A DNA stretch of 64,000 bases, taken from sequence record DRR378314_790. The stretch is one strand, 5' to 3'. The notes beneath the pieces are model-generated. The model worked only from the letters and a program-made list of their open reading frames with translations, searched no databases and had not been told where the DNA came from. The position numbers and the translations under genes were made by a program. Every line of letters starts with the position of its first letter. Within the stretch, counting starts at the first letter, position 1. Below, piece after piece: positions 9,718-20,886 of this stretch.

Positions 9718-9974
9718 ATTTACTTCCTAACTTATATTATTATTGCGGCCTTATATTTATTGCTTTATTCGTTCGTGCTTTAACGCACTTTTTGAACGGG
9801 CGGCCATGAATGTTTTCTAATGCAGCTAAGGTAATGGTTTGCTAACTAAGCGATAACTTAGTGGTAAGAGTCACACCCTTATCCTAGCTACAATTGCGGG
9901 TAAGTATACATAGACCTTATGGTCAGGGGAAGTGATTGCGATAGTTAGTACTGGTTGTACCTCACCACCCTGCG

Positions 9975-12900
9975 TTAATAGCTAGCATAAGGTACAACAG
10001 GAGTGCCTGGGAAAACCATTTCAGTGTAAACCGGTTTAAAGTAATACCTGAAATAAAGCTGGCCAAAATTGGGTTCATAAAAATCAGCACGATCTAGGTT
10101 AAAAAAGCCACCAAAGAACCAATGGGGCGTAAATCGATATTCAAAACTTCCCCCTAAGCTATATGAAATACCGGCACTTTTATCTCCTTCAAAGAAAGGA
10201 TTAACGCCCGTGATTGATTCTCTTTGCATTGCCTGAGACTGTAAGAGTGGGTCATTGGGAAAGAACTCACTGTCATCATTTGTTGTGGTTGACCAAGAAA
10301 CACCAGCACGCAATCTATATATAAAGTCATTATTTAAGCGATGATCAAAAGTAATTGGAACAGAAGCGCCTAGATAACTTTGTGGGCTATAATACCCGCC
10401 ATGGCCAAAGGTCTCTTCACTTAAATTGTACTTATATGACCAATGTAAAAGGCTTGCACCTAAGGTTAATTCCATATCTTTTTCTTGAATGTAACGGTTG
10501 TATGCACCGCCCATGATGCTGTACTGCTGGTTATCTTTTACATTTTTGCCTTGTAGTAACTGAAAATCAGTAGAGCCCCAAAATCCCCACTCAAGACCTA
10601 GGTCGTGCGATACATTTAAGCGTAAACTCGTTGCTCGAACACCCCCCCAAACTTGGTTGGTGAACACATCTTCTAGTCCGCCATAGGATAAGACTGAGCT
10701 TGTAACTGGGCGCTTATTTAATGTCACACTGTAACCAAAGTCGCCAAAACTGTCGCTATAATCGACACCCCAAACAATATCTTCAACTAAAAAACCAATG
10801 GGGGTAGTACCAACGTCAAATCGCCAGGTGTCATTTTGCCAAGCTAAACCAATATCAATACCTTCTTGCTTGGGCTCAATACTATTTAATGGGCAGCCCA
10901 AAATACATAAGGCACCTTGCCCATAACGGCTGCCTGCAAATGTCTCGTCAAAGCGCGTTTCTTGGCTTGAAATTGCCACAGGGTCAAGCTTGATTATTGC
11001 TAAGCCATCCCATAATGGGAATCCCGCTTCTATAGGAATAGTACCAGCCCCAAGGCTTGATTGATTTTGTGTGCTTGTTTGACTACTAAAATTAATACCT
11101 GCTGTAATATAAGCCTGATTGTGTTCTACCATAGAGGCTAACTCACGTTTAGCATTATTAATATACCACGGGGCCTCGTCGTCTAATCTGTATAGCTTAT
11201 AATTAAGCGCAGGGTCGTTGCTTGCCTTTATGCTGCTGTGTGGCTCAATGGCCTCTTTGTACCAAGTTTCAGCATAAAAAGGCTGCTTTTTACTTTGTGC
11301 AACTTGGGCTGCTTGATAATACATTTCTTGATTATAATCAGATTTAACTAATAAGCTTTTTGCTAAATCAATTGCATTGGCATCATCATTTAAATCTACC
11401 AGCGCAGTCATTAAAAGCTGCTGTTGATACAACTGATCTGGTTGAACATTTTCGATTAGTGAGGCAATGATATTATCAGATAATGCGTAGTTACCTTGCT
11501 CTCGGCTAATTTGCGCTACCGCCAGCTGAGTGTCAGACGATAAAGTGCTTCCTGTTTGTTGCTGTTGTAAATATAAATCTATGGCTGCTTTCGAACGATT
11601 TAGCTCAATGTTTGCTGCAATCATAGCCTCAATGACGACTGGATTATTAGATGAGCTTTTGGCAAGGCTGTGTAACTTATTCAATCGTTGCTGCGGTTCG
11701 TTAAACTTATTTATATGAGCAACTTGCAATGATAACCAGCGCACCTGATCATCGGCGGTTGCCTGTTGAGGTAATTGATAATTGGTAAACCAGTGTTTTA
11801 TTTGCTGCTCGTTACCACTATCTAAAAGCCACTGCCCATAGGTCATATGCCAATATGGACTTAAGGTATTATCGCGCTCTAAGGCAATTTTTAGTTGCCG
11901 AGTGGCATATTGTAACTCGTTAATTTGTTGCCACTGAACGGCAAGTTCAGCTTGCATTAGTGGAGTTAATGGCTGAGCACCTAGCTCTGTGAGGTTGTAA
12001 ATTATTGTGGCTCTATCCACAGGGTTATTATTTTCAAGTTTATCGAGTTTTGCATTCACAGACAGTTGTTGGGCAAATTGCTCAATATCACTTGTTCGAG
12101 CGTTGTTGGGAATATATTGAAGCGTATCTAACGCGCCTTGATAATCATTAAGTGAACTAAGAAATATAGCATGGCTGTATCGTAATTCGGCATCAAGCGG
12201 AAATTGCCACAATGTTCTATTATAAAGCGCTTTTGCGTGAGTATTTAAACCTTGTTGTTGGTATACATTCGCTAAATCATAGTACAGCCAGCTTTCCCGA
12301 GGGGTTTGTTTAATCGCTACCAAAAGTAACTCAACCGCGTCGTCAAGTTGGCCTTGTTCGACTAACATAGTCGCTCTTTGACGCAATTGCTGGCTTTGTA
12401 ATACGGTATAATCTTCAATTATAGCTTGTTGTTGAGCCCGTGAAAGTTGGTAATAAAACTGATTAATTCTATCAAAGTTATTATCAACACTTAATATTTC
12501 TAACATACCACGCAATGCAGAGTTATTTATTGGGTCATTAGCTAACACTTTATTATAAAACTGCATGGCTTGCTGATAGTTGCCTTGTGCTTTAAATACT
12601 TCAGCTCTGTAATAATTAACGGTATCAGGACTCTCAGCTAAGGTATCTGCTAAATTTAGTTTCAGCTGGGCACGTTTAAATTGCTGTGCAGCAATAGCAA
12701 GTTGAGTTTGTTCTATGTATTGCCAAAACTTGGCCGTTTTAGCTAAGTTTCGGTATACAGATACTAAATCAACCTCAAGCGTACTTCGTTGTGCTTCTTT
12801 GAAATATTTATACGCTTTTTCATTTCTACCTTGGCGGAGGTTTAGTAAGCCTAAGCTATTTAATACTTCGTGATCATCAGGCCTACCTTGGTATGCACGA

Positions 12901-13811
12901 AGCAATAAGTTTTCAGCTTTCACATATTGCTTCTTTTCAAGTGCATTTGCACCTCTCACCCAAAGCTTATAAGCCGGATCTGCCTGTTTAATTAATTCGT
13001 TTTTTAAATCAGCTTTAAAGTCTGAAAACTGTAATTTACCTTTGCTGCTGTTAGGGTAGTGACTAATGTATTCACGGTAGGCGAGGCTAGTCTCTTTAGT
13101 AATTGGCAAATTTCTTAGTGCATCGAGCCAAGCAAACTCTGCTGCAACACTGTATTGATTACTGTGTGCATAGTGAGTATATATCTCAAACGCCTTTTTA
13201 CTTTGTGGATCACGCTTTAATAGGTGTCTTGCATAAGCAATATCATACCGGCCTATATTAGGGTAGCGCTTACGAAGTGACTGATACCCTTTAAGTGCCT
13301 CTTGCCAATTATTTGTATCTACTGCAATCCAGCTAATATGTTCAAATTCATATTCAGAATTAGGATAAACGGGGGAAAACAATACATCATATATTTTTAC
13401 AGCTTGCTGGTATTGCCCCGCTTTAGCCAATAAACGGGCTTTTTGAACTTGTTGCTTCTCTTTAGTGCTTACTTTAGCAAATACTTTCAGCTGTTTAACG
13501 CAATGCTGTGAGTTATCCAGCTTACTAAACTGATCTATAACTATTTGCGCTCTAGTTGGGTTGTTTAACGCTAAATATACGCGCGCCTGAGCGCATCTTG
13601 CCAGCACGTTATTGGGTGCAATACTCATTAACTTATCTAAGCTGTCAGTCATGAGTAAGGTGTTTTTTTGAATTTCACCTAACTCAATTTGGCTCACAAG
13701 CCAATTAATTGATTGCGTATCTAAATCTTTCGCTGATTGGGCAAGCAACGGGCCTGATGTAAAATAAAAGGTACTTAACAGTGAAACACCTATCAATCCT
13801 TTTAGCGACAT
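9975..13811 (-). CDS. bcsC: Cellulose export outer-membrane protein (TPR repeats + C-terminal beta-barrel)
   Basis: Signal peptide, TPR repeats, barrel motifs DVGTTPIGF, RPVTSSVLSYGG, WGGV, GHGGYYSPQSY; position after bcsZ. Confidence 0.93.
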   Translation of the reverse strand: MSLKGLIGVSLLSTFYFTSGPLLAQSAKDLDTQSINWLVSQIELGEIQKNTLLMTDSLDKLMSIAPNNVLARCAQARVYLALNNPTRAQIVIDQFSKLDNSQHCVKQLKVFAKVSTKEKQQVQKARLLAKAGQYQQAVKIYDVLFSPVYPNSEYEFEHISWIAVDTNNWQEALKGYQSLRKRYPNIGRYDIAYARHLLKRDPQSKKAFEIYTHYAHSNQYSVAAEFAWLDALRNLPITKETSLAYREYISHYPNSSKGKLQFSDFKADLKNELIKQADPAYKLWVRGANALEKKQYVKAENLLLRAYQGRPDDHEVLNSLGLLNLRQGRNEKAYKYFKEAQRSTLEVDLVSVYRNLAKTAKFWQYIEQTQLAIAAQQFKRAQLKLNLADTLAESPDTVNYYRAEVFKAQGNYQQAMQFYNKVLANDPINNSALRGMLEILSVDNNFDRINQFYYQLSRAQQQAIIEDYTVLQSQQLRQRATMLVEQGQLDDAVELLLVAIKQTPRESWLYYDLANVYQQQGLNTHAKALYNRTLWQFPLDAELRYSHAIFLSSLNDYQGALDTLQYIPNNARTSDIEQFAQQLSVNAKLDKLENNNPVDRATIIYNLTELGAQPLTPLMQAELAVQWQQINELQYATRQLKIALERDNTLSPYWHMTYGQWLLDSGNEQQIKHWFTNYQLPQQATADDQVRWLSLQVAHINKFNEPQQRLNKLHSLAKSSSNNPVVIEAMIAANIELNRSKAAIDLYLQQQQTGSTLSSDTQLAVAQISREQGNYALSDNIIASLIENVQPDQLYQQQLLMTALVDLNDDANAIDLAKSLLVKSDYNQEMYYQAAQVAQSKKQPFYAETWYKEAIEPHSSIKASNDPALNYKLYRLDDEAPWYINNAKRELASMVEHNQAYITAGINFSSQTSTQNQSSLGAGTIPIEAGFPLWDGLAIIKLDPVAISSQETRFDETFAGSRYGQGALCILGCPLNSIEPKQEGIDIGLAWQNDTWRFDVGTTPIGFLVEDIVWGVDYSDSFGDFGYSVTLNKRPVTSSVLSYGGLEDVFTNQVWGGVRATSLRLNVSHDLGLEWGFWGSTDFQLLQGKNVKDNQQYSIMGGAYNRYIQEKDMELTLGASLLHWSYKYNLSEETFGHGGYYSPQSYLGASVPITFDHRLNNDFIYRLRAGVSWSTTTNDDSEFFPNDPLLQSQAMQRESITGVNPFFEGDKSAGISYSLGGSFEYRFTPHWFFGGFFNLDRADFYEPNFGQLYFRYYFKPVYTEMVFPGTPVVPYASY

Positions 13812-14935
13812 TCAGTGCTCCAATGAGGTGTCATTTTCCCCATTTCATCGATAGCGAATTGCTTGTTTACGGTACTCGTACCAAATAAGTATAAAACACT
13901 GTCGTAGTAACGACTTTTTGTAAACGAAGTATCGATCATCAATTTTTGCTGCAACGCAGTCATTGCCTCATCTTCATTAAATACAGCGAGCAGGGGCAGT
14001 AGTGCCGCATCAAATCCTCGCGGGCCATATTTTTGTACTTTCCCTGTTTTTGCATAAGTATTTAGAGGGGAGCCAGATAATCTAACAACATGGTCTGACA
14101 TTGGTTTAAATTGTTTGACTAACACCTCTCTGTAAGGAGCATCTTCTGCCATAATACTGGCCCATAAATAAACACGTATAGCGTTATAGCTCCCTAGGTC
14201 AGAGGTTGTTTTATCGTAATAAAACCCTTTACTTGGTTGATACATTACCCAATCAGGGCTAACACCTTCTTTACTCGTTTCGAGTATCATTTGGGCGGAG
14301 TTATCATGCAGTTTTTGCCAAGGAGAGTGAGGGTACAATTGACTTAATTGACGAAGAATAAAAAGAGGGGCATAGCTTGGATTGAGTTTGTATTGATCAT
14401 TTTTATATTCAAAGCCACTTGGCGCAGGTAACAAAGACAGCCCCAAGTTAGGGATATATGCGGTTTCTTCACGCATGATCCGTTTGGCCATTACCGCAGC
14501 GAGTACACTGTAACGTCTATCTTGCCAAAGTATTCCCGCTTGAGAGAGCGCGTATGCAATCCATAAATCAGAATCCGATGCTGGGTTTGAGTCCAATATC
14601 GACTCTTGTCCATCATCATTAATACCCCATTGCCACGCTGGAAGACGCGTGCTCAAATCACCTTCAGCGAGATTAACCTCTGTCCAATCTAGCACTTTAT
14701 CAAACGTTACGCGGTCATTTGCTATTAATGCAAAAAATAACGCGTAGGATTGTCCTTCAGATGTGGTGATCGATTGTTTGCTGCCTAAGTCGATTACACG
14801 ACCATCCGAGGTGATAAAGTGATTTTTGAAGGTTTCCCATTGTGTCCAAGGTTCACACATTGTTTGCGCGAAGCTTGTTGTTGTGAACAGTAGAAAAGCC
14901 AATAATGAATAAACCTTAATGTACGTATTTTTCAT
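13802..14935 (-). CDS. bcsZ: Periplasmic GH8 endo-1,4-beta-glucanase
   Basis: TTSEGQSYALFFAL, LPAWQWG, ASDSDLWIA, YNAIRVYLW. Confidence 0.95.
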   Translation of the reverse strand: MKNTYIKVYSLLAFLLFTTTSFAQTMCEPWTQWETFKNHFITSDGRVIDLGSKQSITTSEGQSYALFFALIANDRVTFDKVLDWTEVNLAEGDLSTRLPAWQWGINDDGQESILDSNPASDSDLWIAYALSQAGILWQDRRYSVLAAVMAKRIMREETAYIPNLGLSLLPAPSGFEYKNDQYKLNPSYAPLFILRQLSQLYPHSPWQKLHDNSAQMILETSKEGVSPDWVMYQPSKGFYYDKTTSDLGSYNAIRVYLWASIMAEDAPYREVLVKQFKPMSDHVVRLSGSPLNTYAKTGKVQKYGPRGFDAALLPLLAVFNEDEAMTALQQKLMIDTSFTKSRYYDSVLYLFGTSTVNKQFAIDEMGKMTPHWSTECR

Positions 14936-17181
14936 TATTCGTCCCCTTCAGATAAACGTTTTTGAGTTAATATACCGAGTAATCGCCAAAGTAAAAATGA
15001 GATAAGCAGTAGTATTAAAATAGATAAAAAGGCCAAAACAAATGGATGATCAGAGAAATGAAACCAAATCAAAGTATGGATAGGGATCTGACCAACATAA
15101 TACAGGTCGTCAGTGTTTATTGTTTTAACTCCTTTGTTACTGATGACCGTTGCGCTGCCTTTAATTTGTGCCGTGATGGTGTCGTTAATTAACGAATCAC
15201 TTAACAGTGTATATGCACTATCTGAAGTCGCGATCATTGATACGACAGAACGATCTGAATTGAACGGCGATTGATACCCCGCAATTATCCCAAGTTTGCC
15301 TCTACTATTAATGCTTACATTAATTTTTTCAGGTTCATTATCATGATAGGCACCGTTATATATAGCCTGATTGACGATACGCTGATTGTTTTTTAATAGC
15401 ACGCTGATAGCTGTGTCTTTTGGTAGTTCAGAATTTAGTGCATCGGGTTTACCAATAATAAGAATATCGTTGTGTGATAAATCTAGATTACTAGTCGGAA
15501 ACGCGATGCTTAAGCGGTGTGCAGGGTAGCCTGTAATTTGGCCTAAGTGGCCAGTAAAATTAAGGAGTAGTTCGACAGCTTGCGCTGAACTATTTGGTTC
15601 AATAATAAGGGTTGTTTGGTGTAAATCAGCGTACTTAGTAAATGGAAAACCACTGTTTGCAAACACGTTTAGATTGGGTAAGGCAATGTAATGGTGAAAG
15701 TCACTCACGTCTATAGTTGAGCTTCCATCGATAACGCCGTATTCACCACCGGCAGGCACGGCGCTACATTTCCCTGCTTTTACAACACCAAATTTAAAGT
15801 CGTATGTTAGCTGGTTTTTCTTACTAAGATCTAATCCTGTTAGCTCAAAATCACGTTGCGTATGGGCCATATTGTTATTATTCAGCAGCGGCATAAAACT
15901 GTTTGATTCGACAATTTGCGAGCTGTCGGTTGCCAATACAAAACCGTTAATGAACTTTCCGTTGATAAGCATATTTAATCGTGAAAGTAATGCTTCATCG
16001 GCAGGTGCATTACGGTAATGTAAGTCAATAGGAATACCTTCTTTACGCCAGGTAAATAAATCTGGTGCAAAACGAACATCTAAATTTACTGGCCGTCCTT
16101 GAACGCCTTGAGATTGCAACTGATTGGGGTATTCGACAAACTCCTCAAAGGCAACCGGTCTATCTGAGCGAACCCAACGAGGTGCGTCGTAAGCTTTTCT
16201 CAAAGGTAATTGATTGATCGCATTAACGCTTGCAGTACGACCGGTCATAACTTTATGGCCGAATGCTAAACCAAGCGCGGCTTCTTTTAACTGATTAGTA
16301 TCCTTGCCTAGAATAAGTAACACTTTTGCGTATCGATTAATTGGGCTTGAAATAATCTCAATGGTTGGTTTAGTGACATCTGGGTAATCAAGTAAGAAAT
16401 CTGGTTTATTGTCATTTGTAGCAAATACAACGCTATGCTGAGTCGGTGTTTTATTAAATGAGACCGGAAAACTTGCTTTGCGCCAATCTGCTTTCGCTCC
16501 AAACCAGCTTGATAAAGTTGCCGCAGCTTCAAGCGTGTTCTTATCTGTTTTAGATGTAAAAATAAACGGCAGCGTGAGTTGAGTGTAATCTCGTTCATCA
16601 AAAAATGGCGCTGGTAGGTATTCCAGTAAGCTTTCAAGTGCAAGCGCTTGTTGGTCAAGCATGATAGCGCTATTTTGACTAAGTTCAGTCCAAATTGTTT
16701 TACTAAAATCGTCTTGGCAAATTAAATCGTAGTAGCCAACCAGCTCAAAGCGTACTTGGTTAAAGTCTTTGATGAACTTTGGGTTTAACTCAAGGCTGTG
16801 CGTTGCCAGTGACTCTATTTTTTTGTTGTGGTCATTAATGGGCATAACCGTGATTAGGTTGTCATTAAAGTATATTTTTAGATGCGATACTCTGCTAATT
16901 AATGCAGGGGAATGGCTATAAGAAAAGTTAAGCGTTAGCTTTTTACCAATTTTGTCTAATCGGTTAGTAAAATCAACAGTTGTCGCGTTGTTTATACCAT
17001 CGAGTTTGTATTTATTAACCCCTAAACGCTTAAAGCTCAGCGTCAAACTTTGCGTTGGTGCTTGTTCTGGGTACCCGGCATCAAAAATACTTTTATCTGC
17101 AAGTGGTTCTGATGCGGCTGCAAATAAAGAGCTGCACAATACTAATATTACAAAGGCAGGTTTAAATATATATTTAGTCAT
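14935..17181 (-). CDS. bcsB: Cellulose synthase periplasmic regulatory subunit
   Basis: Signal peptide, LPAPFFD, YDAPRW, LPNLNVFANSGFPFTKYADL, C-terminal TM. Confidence 0.95.
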   Translation of the reverse strand: MTKYIFKPAFVILVLCSSLFAAASEPLADKSIFDAGYPEQAPTQSLTLSFKRLGVNKYKLDGINNATTVDFTNRLDKIGKKLTLNFSYSHSPALISRVSHLKIYFNDNLITVMPINDHNKKIESLATHSLELNPKFIKDFNQVRFELVGYYDLICQDDFSKTIWTELSQNSAIMLDQQALALESLLEYLPAPFFDERDYTQLTLPFIFTSKTDKNTLEAAATLSSWFGAKADWRKASFPVSFNKTPTQHSVVFATNDNKPDFLLDYPDVTKPTIEIISSPINRYAKVLLILGKDTNQLKEAALGLAFGHKVMTGRTASVNAINQLPLRKAYDAPRWVRSDRPVAFEEFVEYPNQLQSQGVQGRPVNLDVRFAPDLFTWRKEGIPIDLHYRNAPADEALLSRLNMLINGKFINGFVLATDSSQIVESNSFMPLLNNNNMAHTQRDFELTGLDLSKKNQLTYDFKFGVVKAGKCSAVPAGGEYGVIDGSSTIDVSDFHHYIALPNLNVFANSGFPFTKYADLHQTTLIIEPNSSAQAVELLLNFTGHLGQITGYPAHRLSIAFPTSNLDLSHNDILIIGKPDALNSELPKDTAISVLLKNNQRIVNQAIYNGAYHDNEPEKINVSINSRGKLGIIAGYQSPFNSDRSVVSMIATSDSAYTLLSDSLINDTITAQIKGSATVISNKGVKTINTDDLYYVGQIPIHTLIWFHFSDHPFVLAFLSILILLLISFLLWRLLGILTQKRLSEGDE

Positions 17182-19840
17182 ATTGGTTATAATACTTTAT
17201 TGGTTTTTTCGGTAATAACGACACTACAAAGTTAATTATGTTTGCCATTAAAATTATAAATGGCTTAAATTGACTTGGCGCATGATAAATCAAATTGGTA
17301 AATCCTCCCAAGCTGGTAATAAAAACGTGTTTAAAGCTGTAAGAAGGTCTATCGTGTTTAAAGTTTTCTTGCCAATCTATCCAAGCATCCGCTCTTGAGA
17401 AGGTACATTGGATAAATGCTTTTTGTTTAGCTAAATCAAGATCGCGTAATGTTAAGCCAATTTGTGTTTTACGGGTGTTGCAAATATAAGTCGGAAATGA
17501 AAATTGCTTTTTGCCCCGGCTCATTAACAACTCAACTTTATCATTTTCACGACAAGGGTGGTCACTAATGGTTTCAATACCAACACCACTGTCAGAGTAA
17601 TCTGTAATTTTAACCTTAATCGTACGGCCGTTTTCTAACCGAATAGCCGCTGGGAAGTTTGCTTTAATTCGATGAGAGCTACGCACTTGTTTTGCTTCTG
17701 CTGCAACGGCAACCGCGGCGCCTAAAATAATGATGTTGTAGCTAACCCACAGCATACTGATCAGTAAAACGCCTATTTGTGAGACATCACCAAAAATCAA
17801 TCGAAAAATGGCGTAACACATACCCAGTACGTTTATTAATAATAACACGATATAGGGCTTTGATATTAGCCAGTCGTAACGAGCAGTGTCGTTCAAGCCA
17901 CCTTTCTCTGTAACATTAAATTTTCCTTTGTTGGGGTTAATAAGCGCTACAGTGGTCGGTTTTAATATGTACCATGCTAATACAGATTCATAAACTTCTC
18001 CCCAAAACGAATATCGGAATTTACCCTGGACTCTGGAGTTGGTTATTTTGACCTGCATTAAGGTGGGCACTATGTATAAAAAAATAGCTGTAAAAGGAGC
18101 GTATATAATGTAGGCATTGAAGTAAATTAACGCCAGCGGGGCTGTTAAAAAGACAATACGAGGAATGCCCGATAAAAAGTGCAACATTGCATTTATATAA
18201 CATAATCGTTGTACTAAGCTGAGCCCTTTGCCAAGTAATGGGTTATCAAGCCTAAAAATTTGCGCCATACCGCGGGCCCATCTTATTCGTTGGCCAACAT
18301 GCGCTGACAAACTGTCAGTTGCAAGTCCTGCAGCTTGTGGAATGTTAATATAGGCCGTTTTGTAACCTTCACGCTGCATGCGCAATGCTGTATGGGCATC
18401 TTCGGTGACCGTCTCCACGGCAAAACCACCAATATCGTCAAGCGCTTTACGCTTTAAAACGGCACACGAGCCACAAAAGAAGGTCGCATCCCACATGTCA
18501 TTGCCGTCTTGAATTAATCCATAGAACAACATATTTTCGTTCGGAATCTTGCGGTGGTTATCAAGGTTTCTTTCAAATGGGTCTGCTGAGAAAAAGTGAT
18601 GGGGTGTTTGCACTAAACACACTTTTTCATCATTCATAAACTGTCCCATGGTCATTTGTAAAAATGAACGAGCTGGAATATGGTCGCAATCAAAGATGGC
18701 AATATACTCGCCATCAGTGTATTTCATTGCGTGGTTCATGTTACCCGCTTTTGCGTGACTATTATCAGGCCTGTCTAAATAGCCAACGCCTATCTCTTTT
18801 GCTAACTGTGCAAATTCAGCGCGTTTACCATCATCTAAAATATAGATATTTAACTTATCTGATGGCCAATCAATGCTTTGTGCTGCAATAGCGGTGGGTT
18901 TAACCACGCTTAATGGTTCGTTGTATGTCGGGATATAAATATCAACAGTTGGCCACTTAGACGTGTCACTATCCATCGGGATTGGCTTACGCTGCAATGG
19001 ATTGATTGTCTGAAAGAAACCTAAAATTAGCACGAGCCAAGCGTACGTTTCAGCGAGTAGCAGGCCCAAACCTAAAGCCAGTGCAACAGGGTCCGCCCAA
19101 TTGAGTGTATCAGTATAGCGCCACCATAAATAACGTGTTGAGGTTGTGACAGCAAGCGTGATCATTGTAATTGTGGCAATTTGCCCTTTAACGCGTCTTA
19201 AGGAGTAGGCAACAATTAATATTAGGCTAATGTAGATTGCTTGTGCTTCAAGGCTAAATGGTACAGTAACAAATACAAAGACTGTAAAAGCAATGACAAA
19301 ATACAAGGTGATTTTGAGTAATTTACTATTCCAAATAGTTGCTTTTTTTACACGTTGATACGATTCGCTTTGAGTTCCTACTCTAAGCTGTAGCCATATT
19401 TTTTTGAATCGCCGAGTAAGCTTTCTGTCAGTAAAGCGTACTAACCTAACTGCTTTGCTAATGAGTTTGGTGCTGGTTTTTATCACAGCTTCACTAGGCT
19501 GGCGTTTAGTCGATACCTTAAATGTTGCTAAATAAAGGCTTTGTAATAACACTCTAACTATATTTGCTGGTGTCGAAACTGGCTCAGATACGTGAGGGTA
19601 TAAGTATTTTAACTTCGTTTTTATGCGTTTTTTCTTATTGTTATCCAACTTAATGAATAATGAAATAAACAATAAAGCAAAAGGCATTAAAACAGCACCA
19701 ATCACACTTACTTTGTGGTGATTAAAATAGCTATGAAATTTAAATAAAATAAACCGCACTAATTTTTTTGTAAAAAATAGGCTTAGAGTTAATGAGAATA
19801 ATCGTTCAGCCACATTTGTTTTGTTACTGTGATTAATCAT
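17174..19840 (-). CDS. bcsA: Cellulose synthase catalytic subunit (GT2 + PilZ)
   Basis: PTYNE, DDG, HAKAGN, FDCD, QTPH, FFCGS, TED, QRIRW; PilZ RSSHR and DYSDSG. Confidence 0.97.
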   Translation of the reverse strand: MINHSNKTNVAERLFSLTLSLFFTKKLVRFILFKFHSYFNHHKVSVIGAVLMPFALLFISLFIKLDNNKKKRIKTKLKYLYPHVSEPVSTPANIVRVLLQSLYLATFKVSTKRQPSEAVIKTSTKLISKAVRLVRFTDRKLTRRFKKIWLQLRVGTQSESYQRVKKATIWNSKLLKITLYFVIAFTVFVFVTVPFSLEAQAIYISLILIVAYSLRRVKGQIATITMITLAVTTSTRYLWWRYTDTLNWADPVALALGLGLLLAETYAWLVLILGFFQTINPLQRKPIPMDSDTSKWPTVDIYIPTYNEPLSVVKPTAIAAQSIDWPSDKLNIYILDDGKRAEFAQLAKEIGVGYLDRPDNSHAKAGNMNHAMKYTDGEYIAIFDCDHIPARSFLQMTMGQFMNDEKVCLVQTPHHFFSADPFERNLDNHRKIPNENMLFYGLIQDGNDMWDATFFCGSCAVLKRKALDDIGGFAVETVTEDAHTALRMQREGYKTAYINIPQAAGLATDSLSAHVGQRIRWARGMAQIFRLDNPLLGKGLSLVQRLCYINAMLHFLSGIPRIVFLTAPLALIYFNAYIIYAPFTAIFLYIVPTLMQVKITNSRVQGKFRYSFWGEVYESVLAWYILKPTTVALINPNKGKFNVTEKGGLNDTARYDWLISKPYIVLLLINVLGMCYAIFRLIFGDVSQIGVLLISMLWVSYNIIILGAAVAVAAEAKQVRSSHRIKANFPAAIRLENGRTIKVKITDYSDSGVGIETISDHPCRENDKVELLMSRGKKQFSFPTYICNTRKTQIGLTLRDLDLAKQKAFIQCTFSRADAWIDWQENFKHDRPSYSFKHVFITSLGGFTNLIYHAPSQFKPFIILMANIINFVVSLLPKKPIKYYNQYD

Positions 19841-20552
19841 TATCTGTTGCTCGAGTAACTAGCCAACTAGCAAGCGTTTCAAAGTCATCGTAGGCAACAC
19901 TATAAGGGGCGCAATTGACAGCTACATTTCTAAATGCAGTAGACTCTTTAATAACCTCATCTTTATTAATATGTACAGGTGCTAGCAAGGGGGTTTCAGA
20001 TTGCCATATTTGAAGCAAGTCAGATTCGAGCTCACTGGCGGAGTTGTAGTTATTTACTAAAAAATAATGTTGCCACTTTTTTGCTGATTGGTTTAATTGG
20101 AGCAAGCGTCTGTAAATAAGGCTATGGCACACTGCATCACAATTAATTACTTCTAAAACAATGTCATGAGATGACAAGTCATAATCTTGTATATCTTGGT
20201 GTGCAGGGCAGTCAAACAAAAGCCAAGCGTTGTCATTTACTTGCAGTTGTTGTGCTGATTCAATCGTTTTTTGGGTACGTTGTGTGTTGGCAGGTAATGT
20301 ACCAAAGGGTAAAAAAATCACACCGTCATCATCAATGTGAAACTCATCCAGTGCACTTTCAAACGACAGGTAATTACTCCAGCCAGAAGCATGCTCCCAC
20401 GGTAAACCAAAATGCAGGCCCAAGTCACTTTTAGGGTCGAGGTCAATAGCGATGACATCTTCGTCTGATTTTCTTAGCGCGCAGGCAAGATTAGCCACAA
20501 TCGAGGTTGCACCTGTACCGCCTTTAATTCCTTTGAGAAACACTTTTTTCAT
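19833..20552 (-). CDS. bcsQ: Cellulose biosynthesis ParA/MinD-like ATPase
   Basis: GIKGGTGATS Walker-A-like motif, IAIDL, LPFG; immediately upstream of bcsA. Confidence 0.9.
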   Translation of the reverse strand: MKKVFLKGIKGGTGATSIVANLACALRKSDEDVIAIDLDPKSDLGLHFGLPWEHASGWSNYLSFESALDEFHIDDDGVIFLPFGTLPANTQRTQKTIESAQQLQVNDNAWLLFDCPAHQDIQDYDLSSHDIVLEVINCDAVCHSLIYRRLLQLNQSAKKWQHYFLVNNYNSASELESDLLQIWQSETPLLAPVHINKDEVIKESTAFRNVAVNCAPYSVAYDDFETLASWLVTRATDND

Positions 20553-20566
20553 AATTTGATAAACGA

Positions 20567-20770
20567 TTATTTTGTATTTATTGCAATATCAAACATGTCG
20601 CAAGAACGTGATACATCGCTTAATAAAGGATATTTTTCAATTATTTGGTTATTCTTTTGCACATCAACAATTTCAATATAGGATGAAGTCTTGCCACCAA
20701 ATCGGTTTAATAAATTATCAATATCGTACTGGGTGAGGATATTTGATTTTTTTACTGCAAACTCATTCAT
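20567..20770 (-). CDS. bcsR: Small cellulose biosynthesis protein
   Basis: 67 aa upstream of bcsQ with DI..L..RF…YIEI…YPLL pattern. Confidence 0.75.
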   Translation of the reverse strand: MNEFAVKKSNILTQYDIDNLLNRFGGKTSSYIEIVDVQKNNQIIEKYPLLSDVSRSCDMFDIAINTK

Positions 20771-20886
20771 TAAGACTGTCTCTTGTAAATAAAACGCTAT
20801 AAATTTTGTTTCGATATGGACTTAGTTAACATTATATATAGAATGTTGGACAAAACTAGCTAAAAGTATTAATTATAGGATATGAC

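Noticed and set aside
9720-9974. Possible riboswitch or sRNA in the 250-bp leader of the POT transporter
   Set aside because: Only short imperfect hairpins; no known Rfam motif recognised by eye.
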